Source: a virus
Lineage: Duplodnaviria > Caudoviricetes
Reading direction: 5' to 3' (one strand)
IMG/VR virus record: IMGVR_UViG_3300035670_000185
Location: 1,925-65,924 of that record
DNA: 64,000 bases
The first letter of the stretch is position 1; each line of letters begins with the position of its first letter. A model generated the notes under the pieces. It made no database searches and was not told where the DNA came from. It was given only the letters and a program-made list of their open reading frames with translations. The translations under genes were made by a program, and so were the position numbers. Of this stretch, positions 1-8,254 are shown in pieces.

Positions 1-693
1 ACACCTACTAACACCGTAACTCCAACTATCACACCAACCAATACGTCAACTGAAACTCCAACAAATACTCCAACTCAGACAACCACTGAGACGCCGACAA
101 ACACTCCTACAAATACGGAAACTCCAACAAATACACCAACTCAGACAACAACTGAGACACCGACTAGTACTCCAACTTCAACCCAAACTCCTACAAATAC
201 TGTGACCCCAACACCTACAAATACTGAAACTCCTACAAGTACACCAAGTTCAACCCCAACCGAAACTCCGACGCAAACACCAACCAACACCCCAACGAAT
301 ACTGAAACACCGACCCAAACTGCAACACCTACACAAACTCCTACACCAAGTGTGACGGTTGGATTAACTCCGACCGCAACCGAAACGCAAACACCGACCC
401 CAACTGTAACTCCTACTAATACTGAGACGCAAACACCGACCCCAACCCCAACTGTAACTCCAACTAATACTGAGACACCAACACAAACACCAACTAATAC
501 AGTAACGACTACTCCTTCAAATACAGTGACATCAACTCCTACAAATACTCAGACACTAACACCGACCAACACAGAAACTCCAACTTCCACACCAACTGTT
601 ACGCCAACACCAACTCCTGAGGGATTTTTATTACAAGAAGATTTATTTAGAATAGACCAAGAAGATGGATTCGGAATTCTAATTACACCATAA
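1..693 (+). CDS. Thr/Pro-rich mucin-like protein, 5'-truncated; probably virion-associated
   Basis: Frame 1 is open from base 1 ([20 protein letters not shown]...), so the ORF starts before the window rather than at 202. TPT[N/E/Q]T repeats; C-terminus [19 protein letters not shown]. Confidence 0.85.
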   Translation, partial: TPTNTVTPTITPTNTSTETPTNTPTQTTTETPTNTPTNTETPTNTPTQTTTETPTSTPTSTQTPTNTVTPTPTNTETPTSTPSSTPTETPTQTPTNTPTNTETPTQTATPTQTPTPSVTVGLTPTATETQTPTPTVTPTNTETQTPTPTPTVTPTNTETPTQTPTNTVTTTPSNTVTSTPTNTQTLTPTNTETPTSTPTVTPTPTPEGFLLQEDLFRIDQEDGFGILITP

Positions 694-717
694 ATTTATA
701 ATATATATTAAAATACA

Positions 718-1353
718 ATGCCTAATTTACCAATATCACAATTACCAGAATTAACAGCAATAACTGCAAATGCTGAGTTTGCGGTTGCTCAAGGGGGGGT
801 AACCTACAAAGTTAAAAATAGTACTCTAGCTCCATTTCCAACTGTTTATGGATTGTTTTCACAAACGGGAAATAGTGTTACTGTAAGTGGTACGACAACA
901 GAATCAACCTTGATTGACGGTGGTGTTGGGACATTAAGTGTTCCTGCCAATGGATTTTCGGTTGGTGATAGTTTTAGAGCCGATTTTGGTGGAGTATTAA
1001 ATGTTGGGAATAATCAAACCATCAGAATAAGATTGAAAACTGGATCAGTTGTATTGGCGGATAGTGGAATACAAGCGATAACAAATATTACAAATGACAT
1101 ATGGTCACTATCGGTTAACTTTACAATCAGATCTATCGGAGTTGCTGGTGTTGCATCAATTGTTTCTTTAGGATCATTTCACTATTCAAAAACTTCAAAT
1201 ACTACAGTAGAAGGATTTTCATTTAATACGGTAAATAACACCACATTTGATACAACAGTTAATAATACTTTAGATGTGACAGTAGAGTGGGGAAGTACAA
1301 ACGCCGTCAATAATATCTACAGTGACATCTTTGTATTGAATAAAATATATTAA
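718..1353 (+). CDS. Putative virion structural/fibre-associated protein
   Basis: 211 aa. N-terminal PISQLPEL resembles the (K/P)ISxL start of many phage fibre/decoration proteins; beta-rich S/T/G/V composition. Confidence 0.6.
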   Translation: MPNLPISQLPELTAITANAEFAVAQGGVTYKVKNSTLAPFPTVYGLFSQTGNSVTVSGTTTESTLIDGGVGTLSVPANGFSVGDSFRADFGGVLNVGNNQTIRIRLKTGSVVLADSGIQAITNITNDIWSLSVNFTIRSIGVAGVASIVSLGSFHYSKTSNTTVEGFSFNTVNNTTFDTTVNNTLDVTVEWGSTNAVNNIYSDIFVLNKIY

Positions 1354-1368
1354 TAATTGAACTAAGGA

Positions 1369-1932
1369 ATGCCCTGTAATTATTACCAAATAATAAACTA
1401 CAATAGTGTTGAAAATGGATATTACCGATATACAGGTTGTACTGGTATTGTTAGTGTCGGAATTATATCCCCATTGAACACAGAGTATGTTTGTGCCGAA
1501 GATTTGGTAAAAGAAAGTTATAGTGGGCCGTTGGACATTACAAACATAGGATTATGTCCAACGGCTACACCAACTCCGTCTATCACTCCATCAGTAACTC
1601 CAACCGTAAGTATAACTCCTACATCAATCACACAAACTCCAACACCGACTTACTCTCCAACACCGTCCGTTACTCCGTCTGCGGTATATAAACGAAATTT
1701 ACGTGCTGGCGGATGGTATCAAAATGTTTGTCAATCGGTAAATCAAATCGCGAATCCTGCAAACGCCACGGTGTACACAACGATACCGTTTCACGAACTC
1801 GAGATTGGTGACAGAGTTTATGGGAATAAAGAGTTAACAATTCCTCCAGTTGGTAATTTCTTTACATTCTCAGATGGGGCAATTTTCGTTCAATTAAATG
1901 GAACTTTGATAATAAACAAAGGAATTTGTTAA
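1369..1932 (+). CDS. Cys-containing N-domain + Thr/Pro/Ser linker + C-terminal domain protein
   Basis: 187 aa; MPCNYYQIIN..YRYTGC N-domain and central TPTPSITPSVTPT stalk. Confidence 0.75.
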   Translation: MPCNYYQIINYNSVENGYYRYTGCTGIVSVGIISPLNTEYVCAEDLVKESYSGPLDITNIGLCPTATPTPSITPSVTPTVSITPTSITQTPTPTYSPTPSVTPSAVYKRNLRAGGWYQNVCQSVNQIANPANATVYTTIPFHELEIGDRVYGNKELTIPPVGNFFTFSDGAIFVQLNGTLIINKGIC

Positions 1933-1997
1933 TCACATCATAAAACCAGTGAAGATTATAGAACTTTGTAATATTTATAAATTAAATAAGTTAAACG

Positions 1998-2210
1998 ATG
2001 GCATGTAGTAAATATATACTTACAAATACGGGGTCAACATCAGTGAATTTTAGTTATAGAAGATGTGATGATTCAATGTGGGACTATCAAATCCAACTAT
2101 CCCCGAACCAAGTAAAAAATATTTGGGTAACTGACGGAACATATACTGTGACACCATTATTCAAACCATCAATATCTTTGATTAACGACGGAGTTTTTCC
2201 TCCGGTCTAA
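1998..2210 (+). CDS. Stand-alone 70-aa paralog of the N-domain of the next gene
   Basis: [30 protein letters not shown] is nearly identical to the start of 2237..3136; preceded by TATTTAT. Confidence 0.8.
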   Translation: MACSKYILTNTGSTSVNFSYRRCDDSMWDYQIQLSPNQVKNIWVTDGTYTVTPLFKPSISLINDGVFPPV

Positions 2211-2236
2211 TTTAGCGGAAAAAAATATAAAAATAT

Positions 2237-3136
2237 ATGGCTTGCAGTAAATACATTCTTACAAATACAGGTTCAACTGTAGTAAATTTTAGTTATAGAA
2301 GATGCGATGATTCTTTTTGGGATTATCAAGTTGAATTGTTACCTAATCAAACAAAAAATATTTGGGTTATTGATGGGACCTACACAATTGCATCATCTTT
2401 CAAATCAACGGTTTCTTTAGTTAATGAAGGAGCGTTTCCTCCAATCTCTGCAACTAACACGCCAACTCCGTCTCCGACTCTAACACCATCTCCAACGATG
2501 ACACCAACTGAAACCCCTACAAATACTCCAACTCCGAGTGTAACGGCAACAGAAACTGGAACACCTACACCGACTCCAACTAATACTGAAACATCGACCC
2601 CAACTCCGAGCGTGACCGCAACAGAAACACCGAGTCCAACTCCAACTGAAACACCGAGTCCAACTCCAACTGAAACACCAACTAATACACCTACAGAAAC
2701 TCCAACTGAAACTCCTACAAACACACCAACTGCAAGTATAACTGCGTCTCCTGGAATGACACCAACTGCAACAGAAACTCAGACCCCAACTCCAACTGAA
2801 ACTCCTACTAATACCCCTAGCGAAACTCCAACAAGTACACCTACAGAAACTCCAACAGAAACTCCTACTAATACTCCAAGCGAAACTCCAACAAGTACAC
2901 CTACAGAAACTCCAACAGAAACTCCAACAAGTACACCTACCGAGACTCCAACCGAAACTCCTACCAATACACCTTCAGGAACTCCAAGTGAAACTCCTAC
3001 CGAGACTCCAACTGAAACTCCAACAAGTACACCTACCGAGACTCCAACCGAAACTCCTACCAATACACCTTCAGGAACTCCAAGTGAAACTCCTACCGAG
3101 ACTCCTACTATGACACCTACACCGTCGCAACCTTAA
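2237..3136 (+). CDS. MACSKY N-domain + about 225-aa Thr/Pro/Glu mucin-like stalk
   Basis: 299 aa; [12 protein letters not shown] repeats run to the C-terminus. Confidence 0.85.
   Translation: MACSKYILTNTGSTVVNFSYRRCDDSFWDYQVELLPNQTKNIWVIDGTYTIASSFKSTVSLVNEGAFPPISATNTPTPSPTLTPSPTMTPTETPTNTPTPSVTATETGTPTPTPTNTETSTPTPSVTATETPSPTPTETPSPTPTETPTNTPTETPTETPTNTPTASITASPGMTPTATETQTPTPTETPTNTPSETPTSTPTETPTETPTNTPSETPTSTPTETPTETPTSTPTETPTETPTNTPSGTPSETPTETPTETPTSTPTETPTETPTNTPSGTPSETPTETPTMTPTPSQP
2801..3105 (+). repeat. In-frame tandem DNA repeats (60-bp and 96-bp periods)
   Basis: 2801-2860 vs 2861-2920 are near-identical; 2921-3009 vs 3017-3105 read as identical (about 89 bp). Confidence 0.85.
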
Positions 3137-3160
3137 GAAAAAAAATAAATTAATGTTCAC

Positions 3161-3190
3161 AAAACCCTCCACTTTGACGGAGGGTTTTTT
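3161..3190 (+). terminator. Rho-independent terminator
   Basis: AAAACCCTCC-actttgac-GGAGGGTTTT followed by T-tract. Confidence 0.8.
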
Positions 3191-3215
3191 ACTTTTAGGA
3201 TAAAATATATTTCAA

Positions 3216-4478
3216 ATGAAAATTTTTATTCAAATTGCTTCTTACCGAGACCCACAGTTGGTTCCAACCCTTAAAGATATGATTGCAAACGCAAAAAAAC
3301 CAAATAATTTGGTCTTTGGTATTGCAAGACAATATAGTGAATCTGATGGATTCGATAATTTGGATGAGTTTAGAAAAGATAAACGATTCAAAATCTTGGA
3401 CATCCCATATCAAGAATCTAAAGGAGTTTGTTGGGCAAGAAATTTGACACAACAACTTTATGGTGGTGAAGAATATACATTACAAATTGATTCACACATG
3501 AGGTTTATCAAAGATTGGGATGATGTATTAATCAAAATGATTAAAGGATTACAAAAGGATGGATATAAGAAACCTTTGTTGACAGGTTATGTTCCTTCAT
3601 TCGATCCTGAAAATGACCCTGCAGGTCGTGCACAAGACGCGTGGAGAATGGCTTTCGACAGATTCATTCCTGAAGGGGCGGTATTCTTTTTACCTGAAAC
3701 AATACCAGGTTGGAGAGAGATGACAAAACCTGTTACCGCAAGATTCTATTCCGCTCACTTCTGTTTTACACTCGGACAATTCTCAACTGAAGTACAACAC
3801 AACCCTGAATATTATTTTCACGGAGAAGAAATTTCAATTGCGGCAAGAGCATATACCTGGGGTTACGATTTGTTCCACCCACACATTCCTGTTGTGTATC
3901 ACGAATACACTCGTAAAGGTAGGACCAAACAATGGGATGACGATAAAACTTGGGGTGATAAAAACAAACATTCTCACTTAACAAATAGAAAACTATTTGG
4001 TATGGACGGTGAAACTCAAGAAGGACATGATGGTCAATATGGATTTGGTACTGTCAGAACTCTCAGAGAATATGAAAGATATGCCGGATTGTTATTCGAA
4101 AAAAGAGCGGTTGACCAACATTGTTTGGATAAAAAATATCCACCGAGTCCTTTGATTGAAGATGAGGAAGAATGGAAAAAGAGTTTTTCAACAATTTACA
4201 AACACTGTATTGATATTGGGTACACAAGTGTACCTGAAAAAGATTATGACTTTTGGGTTGTTGCCTTCCACGGGCCAAATGATGAAACCATTTATCGAAG
4301 AGATGCCGATAAAAATGAAATTGCAGGATTTATGAGAGACCCTGACAAATACTGTAAGGTATGGAGAGAATTTCCTACAACTGTGTTGCCATCGTATTGG
4401 GTGGTTTGGCCTCACTCAGAATCTAAAGGTTGGTGTGATAGATTAACAGGACAACTAAATCATAACCACGTAAGTTAA
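3216..4478 (+). CDS. GT60-like polypeptide/hydroxyproline alpha-GlcNAc-transferase (Gnt1-like)
   Basis: IFIQIASYRDP, GVCWAR, LQIDSHMRF (DSH motif), FHGEEISIAARAYTWGYD: the motif set of Dictyostelium Gnt1/Trypanosoma OGNT-type enzymes. Confidence 0.85.
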   Translation: MKIFIQIASYRDPQLVPTLKDMIANAKKPNNLVFGIARQYSESDGFDNLDEFRKDKRFKILDIPYQESKGVCWARNLTQQLYGGEEYTLQIDSHMRFIKDWDDVLIKMIKGLQKDGYKKPLLTGYVPSFDPENDPAGRAQDAWRMAFDRFIPEGAVFFLPETIPGWREMTKPVTARFYSAHFCFTLGQFSTEVQHNPEYYFHGEEISIAARAYTWGYDLFHPHIPVVYHEYTRKGRTKQWDDDKTWGDKNKHSHLTNRKLFGMDGETQEGHDGQYGFGTVRTLREYERYAGLLFEKRAVDQHCLDKKYPPSPLIEDEEEWKKSFSTIYKHCIDIGYTSVPEKDYDFWVVAFHGPNDETIYRRDADKNEIAGFMRDPDKYCKVWREFPTTVLPSYWVVWPHSESKGWCDRLTGQLNHNHVS

Positions 4479-5224
4479 TGAAGTTTTCAGAGATACCAAA
4501 GTTTGTTATCAACTTGGACAGAAGACCTGATAGAATGGAATCAATAACCAAAGAAATGGAATATATTGGTTGGGATTTCGAAAGGTTTTCAGCGATAGAT
4601 ACAAACTCGTATATGGGTATTACCAAATCCACATTCGAAATTATTAAAATTGCTCAAGAAAGAAAATATCCAAGAGTAATGTTAATTGAAGATGATTGTG
4701 GGTTTATGCCATATGCGAAAGATTTATTGATACAAATTGAAGAAACTTGTTCTGACTTGGAGTTTGCAATGTTTAATTTGGGTCCAACACAAAATAGGCC
4801 TATCAATGTTAGTGATAAGTATGAGTTATTGTTTGATATGACAAATACTCCTGAGGCACCACCCGAGTGTAGAGGGATTTACGGTGCTAACATGGTGATT
4901 TATGATGAGTCAATTTATGACAAAATTTTTGATATTTCACAAACCGCATTTACTACAAGTGGAGAATATTACTTTGCGTTAGACGATTACACTTATCAGT
5001 TTATTGTTCAAAAATATCAAAGTTATTCACCAATATTACCAATTGCTCCACAGAAATCGAATTACTCGAACATATCAGAAGGTATGTACAACAATTGGTA
5101 CATGCAAACATATAATTGGAATAGGTGGACTCCAAGAAAAATACCAAATGAATTTATGGACCAATATAAGGTCCAAGAAATGAAAGATAAAAACGAACAT
5201 CATAAATTTTATTATGTCAGTTAA
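4478..5224 (+). CDS. GT25-like glycosyltransferase
   Basis: FVINLDRRPDR, RFSAID, VMLIEDD motifs; start overlaps upstream stop (TAATG). Confidence 0.75.
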   Translation: MKFSEIPKFVINLDRRPDRMESITKEMEYIGWDFERFSAIDTNSYMGITKSTFEIIKIAQERKYPRVMLIEDDCGFMPYAKDLLIQIEETCSDLEFAMFNLGPTQNRPINVSDKYELLFDMTNTPEAPPECRGIYGANMVIYDESIYDKIFDISQTAFTTSGEYYFALDDYTYQFIVQKYQSYSPILPIAPQKSNYSNISEGMYNNWYMQTYNWNRWTPRKIPNEFMDQYKVQEMKDKNEHHKFYYVS

Positions 5225-6095
5225 ATTTATAACTTCAATATATAGTGACTTATATGGTACTGAGTTTGGTGGAAGAACAAACAGAGGTGGTCATTATAGA
5301 TTTAGTTTATTGTCATTACTCAAGATGACGGACGCAGATTTTTTGTGTTACACTTCAGACAGGGAATTGGAATCATTAATTAAATTTTTTTATGAAGAAC
5401 ACCAAATTTCTCCTGAAAAATTAAAATTCCAAACATTTGATATTTCACAAACGAAATTTAGAGATTTAATTAATCAATATAAAAATATTGATGAAACAAA
5501 AAAATCTGATAGATGTATTGAAATCCAATATTCTAAATTTCATTGGTGGTGGAATGAAGACAAATCTTACGATTACTATTATTGGATTGATGCCGGATTA
5601 TCCCATTGTGGTTTAATCCCATTGAAATATTTGACCGATAATGGATTGGTTAGAAGATATTATGAAAGTTCCTTATTCAATAATGAATTTTTGAAAAATG
5701 TAATAGAAGAAACCAAAGATAAATTTTTGATAATCGGTAAAGAAAACGATAGAAATTTTTGGTCAGGTACTGTGGACAGAAAATGGTATAAAGAGTACGA
5801 CAGAGGATTACATATTATCGGAGGACTTTTTGGTGGGCACAAAAGTAAATGGGACGAAATTGTTAATTTATTTGAAGGGTACATTCAAAACATTATATCT
5901 GAAGATAAAGGGAACCCACATGAGGAACACGTCATGACCTTGATGTATTATAATCATAAAGAACTTTTTGAACGAAAACATTTTGATATTTGGTGGTGTC
6001 GGGATAGTGCTCCACGAGGTACTTCTGAAGAACTATTTCAACAGAATAAAAGTTTTTATAAAATATTAGAAGAATTTAATAAAATATATGAGTAA
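5214..6095 (+). CDS. HtrL/YibB-like putative glycosyltransferase
   Basis: YSKF..YYWIDAGL and IIGGLFGG motifs, later EEHVM. Confidence 0.65.
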   Translation: MSVKFITSIYSDLYGTEFGGRTNRGGHYRFSLLSLLKMTDADFLCYTSDRELESLIKFFYEEHQISPEKLKFQTFDISQTKFRDLINQYKNIDETKKSDRCIEIQYSKFHWWWNEDKSYDYYYWIDAGLSHCGLIPLKYLTDNGLVRRYYESSLFNNEFLKNVIEETKDKFLIIGKENDRNFWSGTVDRKWYKEYDRGLHIIGGLFGGHKSKWDEIVNLFEGYIQNIISEDKGNPHEEHVMTLMYYNHKELFERKHFDIWWCRDSAPRGTSEELFQQNKSFYKILEEFNKIYE

Positions 6096-7764
6096 TATAA
6101 CTTTAGTTACAGGTATTTGGGATATTGGTAGAGGGGAATTAACCGAAGGGTGGAGTAGGTCTTACCAACACTATTTAGACAAATTTGAGCAATTACTTAA
6201 AGTTGAAGAAAACTTAATCATATTTGGTGATGAAGAACTCAAAACTTTTGTTTTCGAAAGAAGGACAACTGAAAACACTCAGTTTATTATTCGTCCATTA
6301 AGTTGGTTTACCTCATCAGAATTTTTCCCATTAATTCAAAATATCAGATCTAATCCTGAATGGTATAATCTTGCTGGTTGGTTGAAGGAATCGACACAAG
6401 GTCGTTTAGAAAATTACAATCCTTTAGTGATGTCAAAAATCTTTTTGTTACATGACGCTAAGATAATGGATCAGTTTAATTCTGAATACATGTTTTGGAT
6501 CGATGGTGGTTTGACTAATACGGTACATCCTGGATATTTTACTCATGATAAAGTATTAAATAATTTATCCAAATACATTTCGAAGTTTTCATTTATTTGT
6601 TTCCCCTATGCGGCCGAAAGAGAAATTCATGGATTTGAATATAACAAATTAAATTCTATTGCGGGTTCCAAAGTTAATAAAGTTGCTCGAGGTGGTTTTT
6701 TTGGCGGTCCTAAACATACAATTGGTGATGTGAATGGAATTTATTATGGGTTGTTAAAAAGCACTTTAGAAGAAGGATACATGGGAACTGAAGAGTCAAT
6801 CTTTAGTATTATGTGTTACAAACATTCCGATTTATTTAATTATTTTGAAATCGAATCAAATGGATTGGTAGGTAAATTTTTTGAAGACCTTAAAAACGAT
6901 TCCTTGAAAGTTAAAAACGAAAGTTCGGTACAAGTTGTCAATAATTTAGATACTAACAAGGTTGGTTTATATGTAATCACATTTAACAGCCCAAACCAGT
7001 TTCAAACATTAATCGACTCCATGTTGGCCTATGATAAAGATTATCTCAATAAGACAAGTAAGTTTTTATTAGATAATTCCTCAGATTTATCAACTACCGA
7101 GGAGTACTCGGCTATTTGTGAAAAATTTGGATTTGAACACATTAAAAAAGACAACTTAGGAATTTGCGGAGGAAGACAATGGATTGCGGAACATTTCCAA
7201 AATGAAACAGATTTAGATTATTATTTGTTTTTCGAAGATGATATGTTTTTTTATCCTCATGAAGGAAATGTTTGTAGGAATGGATTCAATAGATATGTTC
7301 CAAATTTGTATAGTAAATCATTAGAAATTATCAAAAAAGAAAATTTTGATTTCCTTAAATTAAACTTTAGTGAATTCTATGGAGATAATAGTACACAATG
7401 GTCGTGGTATAATGTTCCTCAACATATAAGAACAGAATTTTGGCCTGACAAACCAAGATTACCCGAAATTGGGTTGGACCCGAATGCCCCAAAAACTATT
7501 TTTAATAATGTTTTGGTACACAAAGGTATCCCTTATGTTTCAGGTGAAGTTTATTATTGTAATTGGCCACAAATCGTAAGTCGTACGGGAAATCAAAAAA
7601 TGTTTTTAGATACAACATGGGCCCACCCGTTTGAACAAACATGGATGTCTCACATGTATCAACTAGTTAAAAAAGGTGAATTAAAGCCTGGTTTATTACT
7701 TCTAACACCTACAGAACACGATAGATTCGATCATTACGATAGGGGGCTTCGTAAAGAGTCATAA
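6088..7764 (+). CDS. HtrL/YibB-like domain fused to a GT-A (GT2-like) domain
   Basis: N-half ITLVTGIWDIGR, MSK, FWIDGGL, GGFFGG, TEE; C-half VITFNSP, LDNSSD, NLGICGGR, YLFFEDD. Confidence 0.65.
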   Translation: MSNITLVTGIWDIGRGELTEGWSRSYQHYLDKFEQLLKVEENLIIFGDEELKTFVFERRTTENTQFIIRPLSWFTSSEFFPLIQNIRSNPEWYNLAGWLKESTQGRLENYNPLVMSKIFLLHDAKIMDQFNSEYMFWIDGGLTNTVHPGYFTHDKVLNNLSKYISKFSFICFPYAAEREIHGFEYNKLNSIAGSKVNKVARGGFFGGPKHTIGDVNGIYYGLLKSTLEEGYMGTEESIFSIMCYKHSDLFNYFEIESNGLVGKFFEDLKNDSLKVKNESSVQVVNNLDTNKVGLYVITFNSPNQFQTLIDSMLAYDKDYLNKTSKFLLDNSSDLSTTEEYSAICEKFGFEHIKKDNLGICGGRQWIAEHFQNETDLDYYLFFEDDMFFYPHEGNVCRNGFNRYVPNLYSKSLEIIKKENFDFLKLNFSEFYGDNSTQWSWYNVPQHIRTEFWPDKPRLPEIGLDPNAPKTIFNNVLVHKGIPYVSGEVYYCNWPQIVSRTGNQKMFLDTTWAHPFEQTWMSHMYQLVKKGELKPGLLLLTPTEHDRFDHYDRGLRKES

Positions 7765-7780
7765 CAGTATATTTATTGTT

Positions 7781-8158
7781 ATGGAATTTTATATTAAAAA
7801 GAATGCAACTCTACCTGTTTTGAAGATGCAGGTTGTTAAGGACGGAAGATCGGGTTATCAACAACTCATGGAAGACCTTGAGGTCGCTACAATATTTTTT
7901 ACCATGATTGATGTGGAAACTGGTATTCCCAAAATTGTATCTGCACCTTGTGAGATTGTTAATTTAATTCTACCTTTGGGTGCCGCACCTGAATACTATA
8001 TTTATTTCAAGTTCAGTTCAAGAGACACAAATACTCCTGGCCGATATCAGGGACAATTTTTGATTAGAAATGATGAAGGTAGTTTAATCCTTCCAATCAG
8101 AGAAGAACTGTATATTAACATTCAAGATAGTTTTATTTCTGAAACAGCTTGTTGTTAA
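7781..8158 (+). CDS. BppU-N-like small structural protein
   Basis: FYIKKNATLP.L...DTNTPGRYQGQF pattern recalls BppU-type Ig-like phage domains. Confidence 0.5.
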   Translation: MEFYIKKNATLPVLKMQVVKDGRSGYQQLMEDLEVATIFFTMIDVETGIPKIVSAPCEIVNLILPLGAAPEYYIYFKFSSRDTNTPGRYQGQFLIRNDEGSLILPIREELYINIQDSFISETACC

Positions 8159-8254
8159 TTTGATAAGTCCGAAATTTTGTTTAATATTTATATACGATGA
8201 GAAAGGTAAACTTCACGTTAGTGTGAAAGCCAATAAACCACTCGTATATAGACA

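Noticed and set aside
1998-2445. Duplicated N-domain as a DGR template/variable repeat pair
   Set aside because: Differences are not confined to adenines and are largely synonymous; no reverse transcriptase in the window.
2380-3063. Minus-strand Val/Gly-rich ORFs (2380..2724, 2779..3063)
   Set aside because: Antisense shadows of Thr/Pro codon repeats.
1-3136. Short periodic repeats resembling a CRISPR array
   Set aside because: In-frame coding repeats with synonymous variation and no unique spacers; no cas genes.
3216-7764. Glycosyltransferases as DNA hypermodification enzymes
   Set aside because: Families resemble protein/LPS-glycan enzymes, and no base hydroxymethylase or TET/JBP gene is nearby; not formally excluded.
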